The notes: generated by a model from the sequence alone, not told the origin. 64,000 bases of DNA from the human T2T-CHM13v2.0 reference genome, Homo sapiens (GCF_009914755.1 NC_060934.1); one strand, 5' to 3'. Shown: positions 44,621-58,379, counted from the first letter of the stretch. Program-made: numbers and translations.

Positions 44621-45028
44621 TCTTAATCACTAAACCATTATATATATGTGGTATACATATACCTTAATAATCATACTATACCATCTACTGGGGCACTTTC
44701 AATATTTCTGAAGAGCCCAGACAAGTCTGATAATAATTACACAAAACAAAGAACAGAAGTTAAACTTTATAGATTCTTTTTCTGCCGGGCAACATGCCAT
44801 CCATTTCTTGTGCTCTATTTTATTAAAGCATAACAAAAATCTTATTTTACTGATGAGGAAATCAAGGCACACACCAAAGGTCAAGTAATTGGCCAAGATA
44901 ACTAAGCTAGCAAGCAGCTGAATCAAGATCTGAACACAGGTTTGTTTGATTTGAAAGCTCTTATTCATTACTGGACAACAAGAAAGGGAGAGAACATTTC
45001 ATACAGTTGAAATTTTCTCTTTTTGCAG

Positions 45029-45227
45029 GTTCCAGGCCTGTGGTGTTACTGCAGCATGGCCTAGTTGGAGGTGCTAGCAACTGGATTTCCAACCTGCCCA
45101 ACAATAGCCTGGGCTTCATTCTGGCAGATGCTGGTTTTGACGTGTGGATGGGGAACAGCAGGGGAAACGCCTGGTCTCGAAAACACAAGACACTCTCCAT
45201 AGACCAAGATGAGTTCTGGGCTTTCAG
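45029..45227 (+). CDS. LIPM: LIPM coding exon 3 (199 nt; oxyanion HG motif, GNSRGN)
   Basis: ttttgcag|GT TCC AGG...TTC AG|gtata. Encodes [18 protein letters not shown]...[21 protein letters not shown]...EFWAF. Confidence 0.96.
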
Positions 45228-45600
45228 GTATATGATAATCTCGAGAACAGAGGTAGACATGTCTGTCTTTCAAAAAAAATGGGTAAAAAATTACGGCTTC
45301 TAGTATTTGGTTGATTTATTTTGGTTGAGTCATCATTATCTTAACATGATATCCCCCAGTTTTCTTAATTAACTAGTGATTCCTTGGTTGAAGTAGTGAG
45401 GAATGCTGAGTTCCCCATGTAGAAGGTGGGTCTAGCTAATAGGGTGAGAATGGTGGTTGGTGTCAGGTGACTAAGATTGGAATGAGAGAAGTGTAGATCA
45501 ATTTCCTCATGGGGAGGGGCGGGTAATAGTATAATAGTACTCCAGAAGGAAAAGAGACCAGGCAGCATTAAAAAAAAAGAAAGGAAACTATTAAGCCTAG

Positions 45601-45982
45601 TGTGTTAGTCCGTTTTCACACTGCTGTAAAGAACTGCCCGAGACTAAGTAATTTATAAAGTAAAGGGTTTTAATTTACTCACAGTTCAGCGGGGCTGGGG
45701 AGGCCTCAGGAAACTTACAATCATGGCAGAAGGTGAAGGGGAAGCAAGGCACCCTTTTCACAAGGCTGCAGCAAGAAGTGCTGAGCAAAAGGGGGAAGAG
45801 CCCTTTATAAAACAATCAGATCTTATGAGAACTCACTATCACGAGAACAGCACAGGGGAAACCACTCCCATGATTCAACTACCTCCACCTGGTCTCTCCC
45901 TTGACACATGGGGATTACAGGGATTATGGGGATTACAATTCAAGATGAGATTTGAGTGGGAACACAAGGCCTAACCATATCA
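45601..45982 (-). mobile_element. THE1 solo LTR in LIPM intron 3
   Basis: TG...CA ends and 5-bp TSD cctag (45596-45600, 45983-45987). Confidence 0.92.
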
Positions 45983-46461
45983 CCTAGGGACCATCGATTT
46001 GACTTACCTCTCATGTTCTTACAAAAGATTTTTAACTCTTTTATTTAAATTACCTATTGATGTTCAACTCACTTTTTATGGCTATCAGAGACGGACCACT
46101 TCAGCATCTTTACAACTATTCCTGTAAATGAATCTGCAGAGCCCTGTGCGGTTCTGCTTAACAGTAGAACAGGACACTTCCACTAGCAGTTGCGTTATGT
46201 GCTCAGTAAATATTCACTGAAGATAGTTATTGCTACGTGATAACATCTAGAGAAAACAGCAGTTTGCTGACAGCCTGTGACTCCAGAGGCACCCATGCTT
46301 CATAGGTTTGAAAGAAATCCATTCTGAGTGTTGTGAGGGACACGGTAACAAGCTGTCAGAGTTGACAACTCAAGGGCTTGTTTGTAAACCTGGTGTGGGG
46401 GGGAGCTTTTGTTTGTTTCTGATTATAATTTTTCATATAACTTTGTCTTTTCCCCTTGTAG

Positions 46462-46571
46462 TTATGATGAGATGGCTAGGTTTGACCTTCCTGCAGTGAT
46501 AAACTTTATTTTGCAGAAAACGGGCCAGGAAAAGATCTATTATGTCGGCTATTCACAGGGCACCACCATGG
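46462..46571 (+). CDS. LIPM: LIPM coding exon 4 (110 nt; nucleophile elbow GYSQG)
   Basis: ccttgtag|T TAT GAT...ATG G|gtagg. Encodes YDEMARFDLPAVINFILQKTGQEKIYYVGYSQGTTM. The catalytic Ser codon is at 46553-46555. Confidence 0.96.
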
Positions 46572-47019
46572 GTAGGTTCAAAGAAAAGCAGGTTTGTATA
46601 CTCGGAAGAAATGTGAGCATACGACACTAGCTATCCCTGAAATCTGTCACCTTGTGCTTCCTTCAGACCTGCTCTTTTCATCTTCAGAATCATGTAGTCC
46701 CCAGCAATGTGTCTAGCATATAGACATATGTGCTAGATATAGCATATCTCTGTGCTATATGTGTCTAGATATAGCATATCTCTCAATATAAATATTTTCT
46801 CAAAGCCAACATCGTGTTATTCAATTATTTATTTAACTCATTGAGCACCTACTACTTGAAAGCAAATATGCTGGTGTCATAAGGACCTTATAATTTTATA
46901 GGAGAGGTAAGATGCAGTCACATATATACTTATTGAAATATGTATTTAAAAGCAAAATATACATTTTATGAGTTCTAAAAATATTTCGTATTCATGTTGA
47001 CATATTTCTTCTTTTGCAG

Positions 47020-47156
47020 GCTTTATTGCATTTTCCACCATGCCAGAGCTGGCTCAGAAAATCAAAATGTATTTTGCTTTAGCACCCATAGCCACTGTTA
47101 AGCATGCAAAAAGCCCCGGGACCAAATTTTTGTTGCTGCCAGATATGATGATCAAG
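47020..47156 (+). CDS. LIPM: LIPM coding exon 5 (137 nt)
   Basis: ttttgcag|GC TTT ATT...ATC AAG|gtatg. Confidence 0.96.
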
Positions 47157-47288
47157 GTATGAGACTCCTCAGAAAACTTCCTGTGTACGTAGAAAAATCT
47201 TCCAGCCCAATTTCCTAAAACATAAACTTTTAAATTACAGTCACATCTTTTCTGTCTGTCATGTCTATGTCACTTCATATTTTCACAG

Positions 47289-47435
47289 GGATTGTTTGGC
47301 AAAAAAGAATTTCTGTATCAGACCAGATTTCTCAGACAACTTGTTATTTACCTTTGTGGCCAGGTGATTCTTGATCAGATTTGTAGTAATATCATGTTAC
47401 TTCTGGGTGGATTCAACACCAACAATATGAACATG
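47289..47435 (+). CDS. LIPM: LIPM coding exon 6 (147 nt)
   Basis: tttcacag|GGA TTG...AAC ATG|gtaag. Encodes GLFGKKEFLYQTRFLRQLVIYLCGQVILDQICSNIMLLLGGFNTNNMNM. Confidence 0.96.
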
Positions 47436-47849
47436 GTAAGTGGGAGCCTAGTAAATTCCCAGCATCCCAGCATAAAGCTGGGAGTCATATGGCTCACCCC
47501 TGGAGGGAGAGCTAATGCCAGTGAAGACTCAGAGTAATGATATATTCTCAGTAACTCAGTTCTCTGCAAACTGTAAGGAAATAAGGGAAATGCTTCAGTA
47601 TGGACTGAAACAAGGTTAACATAAGGGCATTGCTGATATTAAATCACAGATTATAGATGGAAGAGGTCTGAAAGCAGCTTTACTACAGTGAATTAAATTA
47701 AAAAGAGCAATTAGCACATGTTAGACAACAGAGACAACTGTCATGCATCATCCACCTCTACCCTGCACTGGGGTCCTGTAGGTTTGTAGTTTAAGTTCTT
47801 TGATGGAACATCAGGGACCTTCATTTTGGCTTAGGCTACCAGTTGGTAT

Positions 47850-48235
47850 CACTGGGTGGGTTCCCTAGGAAGCATACTCTGAGATGGAGGTTAATGTGAA
47901 CAATGATTTGGGTCCTGCTCTAGGGATAATACCTAGAGAAGGAAAAGAAACAGGACTAGGTAGGTGAAAAAGTCAAGTAGTGATGCAGTCTCAATAGGAG
48001 ACTTAGTTGATCCTGCAGGGATTTTTGAAGATAGGATGACCCTTCAGAACCGTCTCAAGTTAGGAAGAGAGGGTTGGGTCTTTATACACCATATCAGTCA
48101 GTCATTTAATGTAGCCATACCAGTAACAGGGTAGCACTGGGCAATGTATCTGCCTACAATTGGTGCAATCCTCAAAGCAGACTGAGAGTGGAGGGCTGTT
48201 TGCCAGCAGCACTCCCAGCAGCTGGGGCAACATTT
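47850..48235. mobile_element. Old ERVL-type LTR fragment (LTR33/LTR41-like)
   Basis: gggttccctaggaagcatactctgagatggag...cccttcagaac...cagcactcccagcagctgggg. Confidence 0.5.
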
Positions 48236-48747
48236 CCTTAATTCTGAATATTTTTTCTTCTTCTTTAAGATTAATAATTTGATTTATAGTAAGGATATGA
48301 AAAGTATATGTTATGTATCAGGCTAATTTATTACCTATACCAAGCCTATGAGTGTTATTAATATCCCCACTTTGCAGATTAGTATACTAAGATTTAGTAG
48401 ATTAAGTGACTCACTCAAATTCACCTAAAAATTAAACTGCAGAACTAGGATTTGAATACAGGCCCAATGCTAGAGCCCTCATCCTAAATATCACTAGTAA
48501 AATTTTTTTTAATTAGGGGCCAGATCTCTGATGAGAACCTATTCTCAGATGAAAAATACCGGTGTCTGGCAATACATTTAATGACATTTTATTTACGTGC
48601 ATGTACATATTTTTGTTTCATAGATAATTGCTGATAACTTAATAATGTTACCATTTCTTAGTCTGACACCCTGGAGATTTGGTCTTGACAGGGTATACAT
48701 CTTGTGAGTTTTTCTATGTCCCCCAGAATACTCATGGTTTGTTACAG

Positions 48748-48819
48748 AGCCGAGCAAGTGTATATGCTGCCCACACTCTTGCTGGAACATCTGTGCAAAA
48801 TATTCTACACTGGAGCCAG
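48748..48819 (+). CDS. LIPM: LIPM coding exon 7 (72 nt)
   Basis: gttacag|AGC CGA...AGC CAG|gtaag. Encodes SRASVYAAHTLAGTSVQNILHWSQ. Confidence 0.93.
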
Positions 48820-49756
48820 GTAAGAATGTTGAATTTGCAGTCTTTGCTAAATGTCCTGTTATATTTTGTGTAGAATAGTCAAAGGACACCATTTAGATAA
48901 GCCAGGGATTATTTCACACTTATTCTAAGATGAAATGCAGTATCGTCGATGCTATTTTGATGGAGAATTTGATCTAGATCACTGAAACTTTTCAAGAAAT
49001 GGGAAGAAAGGACAGAAGTAGCCTAAGAACTTCTTTAGATCTTAAAAGTATGAATTTAGATGATCCAAGTGAGACTTCTCTCTGTCTCTAGACACCTCAA
49101 AGATGTGGCTGGAGATAATTATGTTTCTACATCTTCTCTTCAGCTCCTCCAACAATACAGTCAAGTAGAAACAAAAATGCTAATGTGGGGTCTGTCAAAA
49201 GAGATATTCACAGGAGTCCTTCACACTGCAAACTTTACCTGCAATTACAGGAAACACACACCTCTGTGTGTCTATGTGGTGTGTGTGAAAGAGAGGGATG
49301 GGGGAAGGAGAGAGTTCTCTCTGTTGACAGGTAGGGAGAGACAGAGAGAGAGAGAGCAATTGTACCATCAAAACCAGAGAAGAATTATAAGTTCAATTAA
49401 ATTTTGGTTGCTATCTTCCAGGATCACCACATTGCACAATTCCAGGGCACGATTCCCCATTGTAGCCCACACAGTTGTGGAGGATACCCACTCACATTAA
49501 TTACAATGAAGATGCACTTCCTGGAGTTGCTAATGCAATGATCAAGAATTTATGTAGTCCCTCTTTCTTCTCAAAAGGCCTCATTCTTGTCTTACCATTT
49601 TCCTGAGACGCTTATCCCAACATTGAATGGAAGAGCAGCTCAACCATTGCTCTCTCCTTCCCTCATGAGTGCACACTGGGTAGCACATTTCCACCACCCC
49701 ACCACGCTTATCCACTGAGACGTTGGAATTCCTTGTAAATTTTTGTCTCCTTTTAG

Positions 49757-49828
49757 GCAGTGAATTCTGGTGAACTCCGGGCATTTGACTGGGGGAGTGA
49801 GACCAAAAATCTGGAAAAATGCAATCAG
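49757..49828 (+). CDS. LIPM: LIPM coding exon 8 (72 nt)
   Basis: ccttttag|GCA GTG...AAT CAG|gtaag. Encodes AVNSGELRAFDWGSETKNLEKCNQ. Confidence 0.95.
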
Positions 49829-50810
49829 GTAAGAAAATCAAATACCATCTGCTGAAAATATATACATTGGAAATGTATGACAGGGACGTTATAATGACAG
49901 TTTATTCTAGATATGGGAATAAAATATGAAAATTTAAGCAGAAAATAATGGTTCATGTTTGACTCCATTTGAAAATGGTTAAGTTCACAGCTGATCCAAG
50001 AAACCTCTCTGCTTTTACAATGGAGTAGGAGGCCTTTTTAGCTGAGGCTGTCTCCCTAAACAAGGTACTGGGCTTCTCAGGAGCAAGATGAAGTAGATTT
50101 AGTCAAGAGAAGAGTGTAGTCTATGGTGGATACTAGAAGGATTATTTTAGAATTAAAAAAAATGGGATGGTGGCAGTAAGTTTGTTTCATGGCACAGTAA
50201 AAGGAACATTAAATGGCAAGTGAGGATTGCTGTGTAAGTTTTGCCTCTGCACTATAAACTTCTGTAATAGGAGGGAGGCTGCTTTAATTTTTCAGGCTTC
50301 AATTTCTTTACCTTGAAAATAAAAATTTTGGGCTTAGAAAATCCATAGGCATTCTCCCTAGTTATACTTTAAATGAATCTGTAATTTGCAAGTTACATTT
50401 TTTAAAAATGTTATTACATTACCCAAGAAAATATGTAGCTAATGCTATGAACTAAAATTAGATATCAAAGTGTGGAGATTCAGAATTGCACAGGTATGCC
50501 CTTTAGAACATAAAATCTTCTGAAGATTTTTGGTAATCATGTGTATGAATGTAAATAAATATTTACCATAGAAACAATACTGGAAGGGGCAGATTAGACA
50601 CAGCTTAGTCTTTCTTTGAGACCCTCACATCATAAATTAACATCCGCTGCCATATGTCTATCTAGATGTAAAATGCTAGGAAACTGGACAAACTGTGCAG
50701 TGCCCCTGGATAGCGAACTCTCAATCTCTGGTATCAGCTGCTTCTCTTGAAGTCTTTCTTCACTGTTTCCCAAAATATGTCTTTAGAGAAAGTATTTCTG
50801 TTCAAAGATG

Positions 50811-51122
<312 letters not shown>

Positions 51123-52163
51123 TAAGATGGCTTTAATTTATCAACATTTAATGGACTGAGTTCTAGAGAAATTGATTCATGCAGAATAGGCACCAGAAAA
51201 TGGGAGTGGAAGGGAAGAGTAAACAAACACACAAAAAAAATCATAGAATCACAGAAACTCAGAGCGAGATATGACATTCAGTTCAATCTTTTCACCTGTA
51301 AGATGACAAAAAAAATTACTAGCCCCATAGAATTTTTCAACCTTCCTTATCCAAATTAGGCCATAACTGAGCCACAAAGAGAAACCAGAGCATCTAGGAT
51401 TGGAGCCAAGACTCCATGGTGGATTTCCTGAGTAAGAAATGGGCCTTACCACTTCTGAGGAAAGTTCTGGATGCTGATTAATCTCAAGGGCTCAGCCGGC
51501 TAGGCTAATTCTACTAACACTGCATAAATACGGAAAGTTCCCAGGTATTAGGAATACTAATTGGTATATTTGGTGGGGAAGGGTGAGGAATAAGGATTGG
51601 AGCAGGTATTTAACTTTTACTTCCCTTTAGCTCAAATTACCTGAGTGCCATAGGCCATGGTTCTGGCAAATGCAGTCAAGCCGGGTCTGCCTCAAAGGCT
51701 GCCTGGGATCACATAAAGACTGTGAAGATGCAGAGCCCTTCCCAGCAGATTCCTTGCTTTTCTCTGTGGAATATAATTCTTCTCTCATGAAATGTTTGTG
51801 AAATTATCTTTTAAAAGAACAGGGGCATTATTTTTAAAAACAATTTATTTACAAAATATTTAATAGGAAGAAAAAAGAAATACAAGGCATTACATGTTTT
51901 TATGTGTTTTGTCATTTGATCTAGCAAGTTATTACAGATATTATCCCCAGTCACAGAAGAAGAAACTGAGGTTCAATAATGTTAAGTAATTTTACCTTAA
52001 AGTAAGGGCGGGAACAGAAATTCTTAACAGAGTTGTGTGGCTCTAACACCCATGTACCCTTCACCACAACAGATGGCATGTTTATTATGTCTATTTGAAA
52101 CATAAATTATGAGCCTGAAAGTCCAAATGTTACCTAGAGTTAAGAACTATTCCTTTTCTCTAG

Positions 52164-52433
52164 CCAACTCCTGTAAGGTACAGAGTCAGAGATATGACGG
52201 TCCCTACAGCAATGTGGACAGGAGGTCAGGACTGGCTTTCAAATCCAGAAGACGTGAAAATGCTGCTCTCTGAGGTGACCAACCTCATCTACCATAAGAA
52301 TATTCCTGAATGGGCTCACGTGGATTTCATCTGGGGTTTGGATGCTCCTCACCGTATGTACAATGAAATCATCCATCTGATGCAGCAGGAGGAGACCAAC
52401 CTTTCCCAGGGACGGTGTGAGGCCGTATTGTGA
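52164..52433 (+). CDS. LIPM: LIPM last coding exon (catalytic Asp GQD, His HVDF)
   Basis: ttctctag|CCA ACT CCT...TTG TGA. The nine exons sum to 1272 nt = 423 aa + stop. Confidence 0.96.
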   Translation, partial: PTPVRYRVRDMTVPTAMWTGGQDWLSNPEDVKMLLSEVTNLIYHKNIPEWAHVDFIWGLDAPHRMYNEIIHLMQQEETNLSQGRCEAVL

Positions 52434-52590
52434 AGCATCTGACACTGACGATCTTAGGACAACCTCCTGAGGGATGGGGCTAGGACCCATGAAGGCAGAA
52501 TTACGGAGAGCAGAGACCTAGTATACATTTTTCAGATTCCCTGCACTTGGCACTAAATCCGACACTTACATTTACATTTTTTTTCTGTAA

Positions 52591-53033
52591 ATTAAAGTAC
52601 TTATTAGGTAAATAGAGGTTTTGTATGCTATTATATATTCTACCATCTTGAAGGGTAGGTTTTACCTGATAGCCAGAAAATATCTAGACATTCTCTATAT
52701 CATTCAGGTAAATCTCTTTAAAACACCTATTGTTTTTTCTATAAGCCATATTTTTGGAGCACTAAAGTAAAATGGCAAATTGGGACAGATATTGAGGTCT
52801 GGAGTCTGTGGATTATTGTTGACTTTGACAAAATAAGCTAGACATTTTCACCTTGTTGCCACAGAGACATAACACTACCTCAGGAAGCTGAGCTGCTTTA
52901 AGGACAACAACAACAAAATCAGTGTTACAGTATGGATGAAATCTATGTTAAGCATTCTCAGAATAAGGCCAAGTTTTATAGTTGCATCTCAGGGAAGAAA
53001 ATTTTATAGGATGTTTATGAGTTCTCCAATAAA
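52591..53033 (+). promoter_or_regulatory. LIPM: Candidate LIPM poly(A) signals
   Basis: ATTAAA at 52591-52596 and AATAAA at 53028-53033, downstream of the stop. Usage cannot be shown from DNA. Confidence 0.45.
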
Positions 53034-54475
53034 TGCATTCTGCATTACATAAAGCATGTATGTGCATTTCAGTGTCTAGATTCTAGTCCAAGCTTGTTGG
53101 AAGGTTTACAGCTTGTTGCTAGGAGACCTAATGACTAAAAATTTCTGGCTCAATTTTCTGCCTCCAAAAATTAAAAGCTAGGGAGAAAATTGCATAATGT
53201 CATGAGCATGATGAAACAAATTGTCATATACTTTATCCTTTAATCTTGACAAAGTTAATGTCAGACAGTCTCTGCAACTCATTGACAAACCATGATTTAT
53301 TTCTTCAGAAAATTATTCCACTTTTACACAATTTCAAAGATGACAGTTGTAAATTACATTGGTACTATTTTGCAAAATCTCTGAAACCAAATCAAAGGTT
53401 TGTGTGTGTCAAAAGTATATTGTTGAAGGTATACTGGTGTGTGAAATTCACTTGTGTGGGTTTTTTGTCCCCAAGGGTCACCTGGTAGCTCAGCTCAATG
53501 CCAGTGAATCTTAATTTATTAAGACACGTTTAAAGACTTCAGAATCTATATCTACACACTATTACTTCCTTCATAAAATAAGTTTCTTAAATCCTGTACA
53601 CAGTTGAATATATATTGCTGGATTTGATTTTCATTAGAGCTTTCAAGGATGGTAAATCTTTCATTCTTATACTGTACTTGTTACCACATACAAAGAGGCT
53701 GGCTTAGTTCCTGTCTGCAGCTATGTGAGATTCAGTCTTGATTTTCAAAATTCAGTCATATTTTTAAAGTGAATTTATTTCTACTCTGTGTCATTCACAG
53801 AAGAAGTGAGACAGATATTTTGATATTCGCAATCTCTCACTTAGACAAATAATCCAGATCCTACCTCATTGTATAGCTCTGTTTCTTTTGAAGAACTTTA
53901 TCCAAATAAGTTACAATAATATTTTACATCTATCAATAAAATAAACAAAACTAACAAGCTTGGCAACCACCTTGTATTTACAAAAGGATCATGAAGATTT
54001 TTTTAAACGAACATTTTCATAGTTGCATAGTCTTGCTCAAACCAAGATGGCTTTTATTTGTAAACCGAAATCTCTAGTGGTATGCTGGTAAACGAACTTT
54101 ATGGAAAGTAAAAAACAAAAAAACAAAAACAAACTCTGATTTGTCAATTTGCCAATTTCTGTGGTGTAAACACACTCACCGCTGACACTTGATAGATGTT
54201 TTTATTGAAATTCCTTCACCAAAGGAATATTTACTTGTGAATCTCTAAGCCCACACACATACACAAATACCATTCTGTACAAACATACGTATTTAATAAT
54301 TTGATTCTTCTGCTCAATACTCAAAGGGGGCTGGGAGGAACAGTTTGTCTCCTAGGGCATGACATAGACTGGACAGTCTTTTTATAAGAGTGATACAACT
54401 GGGAAGGGAGAACGCTGTTTCAGAAGATAACTCAGATCCTCTTCTTCAGGAAAGACTGAGTTTGGAACACCAGGG

Positions 54476-54476
<1 letters not shown>

Positions 54477-54527
<51 letters not shown>

Positions 54528-54642
54528 AGACAGGGTCTCGCTGTGTTGCCCTGGCTGCTCTCAAACTCCTGAGTTCAAGTGATCCTCCCACCTCAGCCTC
54601 CCAAGTAGCTGGGATTACAGGCATGTACCACTGTGCCTAGCT
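54477..54642 (-). mobile_element. Alu monomer (FLAM-like) with 50-nt poly(A) in ANKRD22 3'UTR
   Basis: T50 at 54477-54526 followed by a single antisense Alu arm. Degenerate TSD tggaacaccag / tgaaacatcag. Confidence 0.88.
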
Positions 54643-54900
54643 GAAACATCAGTTTCTGACTGAAGTGGAGACTACAACAACTTTAGTGTTTCCCTTAGAA
54701 GGATTACGGCCATGGTGAACTTGACTGAGTAAACAATGCTATAAATAAAAAGCTCTTCCAAAACATTAACCATGGTAAGCATCATTATCCCCATAAAATG
54801 GTGGCATCCAGGTTAAATGGCCCACAGACCAAAAGTCTAAAATGAAGATAGAATCCAGTCGTTAACTTTTTCTGTATCTCCATCGGTGTGGTCACAAGGA

Positions 54901-55071
<171 letters not shown>

Positions 55072-55167
55072 TTAAAAGGCAATCAGTCCTAATAGTAATA
55101 GGATAACTTCATTCCTTAATGAGGATGATTAATTTTACTGTTGTTTACGTCAGAGGCAAATAATTTA

Positions 55168-55404
<237 letters not shown>

Positions 55405-55506
55405 TCATTGGCAAATCCTTTTCACACTTTGTAGTATACAACTAAGCAGAAAAATAGTCTGCAAACCATTGATAGACAACTATTTCTAGTACTTAAAAAA
55501 TTTTTC

Positions 55507-55834
<328 letters not shown>

Positions 55835-56570
55835 TTAGTGTCATATAAGCCATCAATCTCTGCCTTTTTGTTTTCCATTTTCTGTTCTAAAGAATGCAAC
55901 TTAAAAAAGCTGATGCTGAATTGTGCCAAAGTTTCTTTGTCGCATGCTATATGCCTCGGTGATCATCACCTTGATCATGTCACCATCTTTCCCTTAAAGA
56001 GTCTCCACATGGCCCTTTACATAAACATTATCCTCTATGGTTTTGGTGATGATTCCTACTGAAGAAGTCGGGTGCTCTTGCTGCAGGACACCTGCAAGAT
56101 CAGTGCAGTTCTACAGAGACATTTCCCAAACGTGATTTGTTATAGCTTATATTATGTGTTATAAGCTAGTGCATCTACTCTGTTGGTACTAATTTAAAAC
56201 ACTACAGGTCAAAAAAATTATAGCTAGGGCATTAGTGTCCAAAATTTGGCCTTTGGAAAAGTAGCCAAGCAACCATGGTGCTGGTGAGTGAAGAAATAGT
56301 ACCTTTGGCTATCAAGACAGGTTTAGCTCTGGATCCCATTCCCTAGAAACACCTCTAAAATTATAGGAGATCATGTTGCAATTATTTATTTTTATTAAGT
56401 GGTGGCATGACAAATGGAAGTTCTGGCTCTGAATTTTGTCATGTGAAATAGAGTCTAATTATCCAAAAATACAAAACACTGTCTTACCTAGAAAGTAGAT
56501 TTTAATACTCAGATAGTTTTTGAAAAAATTTTGGTATTAGAAGTGGTGTCTGTGTGTGTACCTGCATGTG

Positions 56571-56657
56571 TCTCAAACTCCTGAGTTCAAGGAATCCTCC
56601 CATCTCAGCCTTCCAAGTAGCTGGGACTACAGGCTAGTGTCACTGTGCCTAGCTGAA
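56571..56657 (-). mobile_element. Alu monomer fragment
   Basis: 87 nt highly similar to 54559-54645. Confidence 0.8.
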
Positions 56658-56940
56658 GGAATGCAATATCTCTAGAGAGAGAAATACACATAAATTGCTG
56701 AGAAAATATCCTAGAGAAATTTTGGTCACAGGCAGGAATATTAAATCTATTGAATTTAAATGAAAAGACCAAGAAAAACCTTCAACAAACTTTTAACTTC
56801 ATCTTTAATAATCTCTTACTTAATATATTTCAAAGCTATCTAAAGAAATGGTAATGCACAGTAACTGTCAATACAAATTTATCCAAAAGTTCTATTTGAA
56901 ATAAAAGGGAATATAAATTTCATAAAGTTATTTTCTTTTG

Positions 56941-57002
<62 letters not shown>
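56941..57002. repeat. Compound microsatellite (CT)9(CA)22
   Basis: Read directly from the sequence. Confidence 0.97.
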
Positions 57003-57003
<1 letters not shown>

Positions 57004-57981
57004 CTGCCTGCATTTAAACATGATACCAGCATAGGCAAAACCGAAATGATGTAAATAATTGATAGAAACAGGAATGGGGCCATGGTCTCTATCATAAAAC
57101 AATGGTAATACACACAGATGTGCACACACGTAAAATATGTTAGGCATCACAAATAGAATGTTAGTATTTTGGAATCAAATTTCCACTTGCCTACTTTTTC
57201 AATAAGGAACTGGGAATCCAAAATTTTATTCAATCACCATAAGCAAAACACCATAGAAATAAACTTTTGTCTTTCTGTGATCATTGAGAAAGAAAGATGA
57301 GTGCAAGAGCACAGAGGTGAAAGTGAAAACAACACCTTATGCTCATAAACAGGAAGAAGTGAGCGGATGCTGCTACTGTTGTTATCACTGCTCTTACCAT
57401 CAGTGGGATTTTTCTTTGACCTTTGTCTTATTTATCTGTAGTTTGCACACGGGGCCTCTCATCAGTGGGTTGGGATTTTGGCTGCAGTGGCAGCTGTTGC
57501 CATTCAATGAGCACTTACTACATTCTGAGCATGTGCTAAGTGCTTTACATGAACAAGCCCAATGAGATAAGTATTATCCATATCCCCATTTTACCGATGA
57601 GGACACTGAAAGTAAAATAAGTTTACAACTTGCTCAAACTCATAGAAGTAAAAAGTGGCAAGCCCAGAGTTTACTCATGGGCATTCTCACTCCAGCTTCT
57701 TAACTATTATGGCTGGTATTTTGTTATCGGAGCCTTAGTTTTCCTTAACGTCTCAACAACATTAAAGCCAATTATTTTAAAAATGCTTTATAATCAATAG
57801 AGGTATTATTCCCATGAGTTCAGCAGAATATAAATAACCTCAAGGTTGCCTGTCAGTGGGAAAAAAAAGGAGAAAATAAAAGAAAACTAAATGTAAAATT
57901 GTCTAGGAAAATAAAGCAACTGTACAGATGACAAATACGCTACCTACAAATACCATTTTGAATATTTTTTCAAAATGGCTA

Positions 57982-58074
<93 letters not shown>

Positions 58075-58379
58075 CTATTACAAATGGTAATTATAAGAAA
58101 GGCTTATTTACAAATAGTTTCTCCAATTTATGCCTGAGACTATTTAATCAATAGGCTTCATTTTAATCCCAACACTCCTATGCATGCATGCACCCTTCCT
58201 AAAATTTCCCCCAGCTTCTCACTCACTCTAATATCAATTAATTAAAGCCAGGTTCTCAGACTGTGGTCCTGAAGTAGCGGCACTGACACCTAAGAACCTT
58301 AGAAATGTACTTCTCAGGTCCCACCCCAAACCTACCTAATTCCACTGAGGATGGGGCCTAGTACCTGTCTTTCCCTTCC

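Noticed and set aside
46707-46785. Short repeats (ctagatatagcatatctct x2) as a CRISPR-like or structured array
   Set aside because: Simple local tandem duplication in an intron of a eukaryotic gene; no repeat-spacer architecture.
49757-49760. Tandem acceptor TAG-GCAG at LIPM exon 8
   Set aside because: The second AG shifts the frame by 4 nt; paralogy (72-nt exon) supports the first AG.
52416-52433. LIPM C-terminal CEAVL as a prenylation motif
   Set aside because: Cys is fifth from the end, not CaaX, and the protein is predicted to be secretory.
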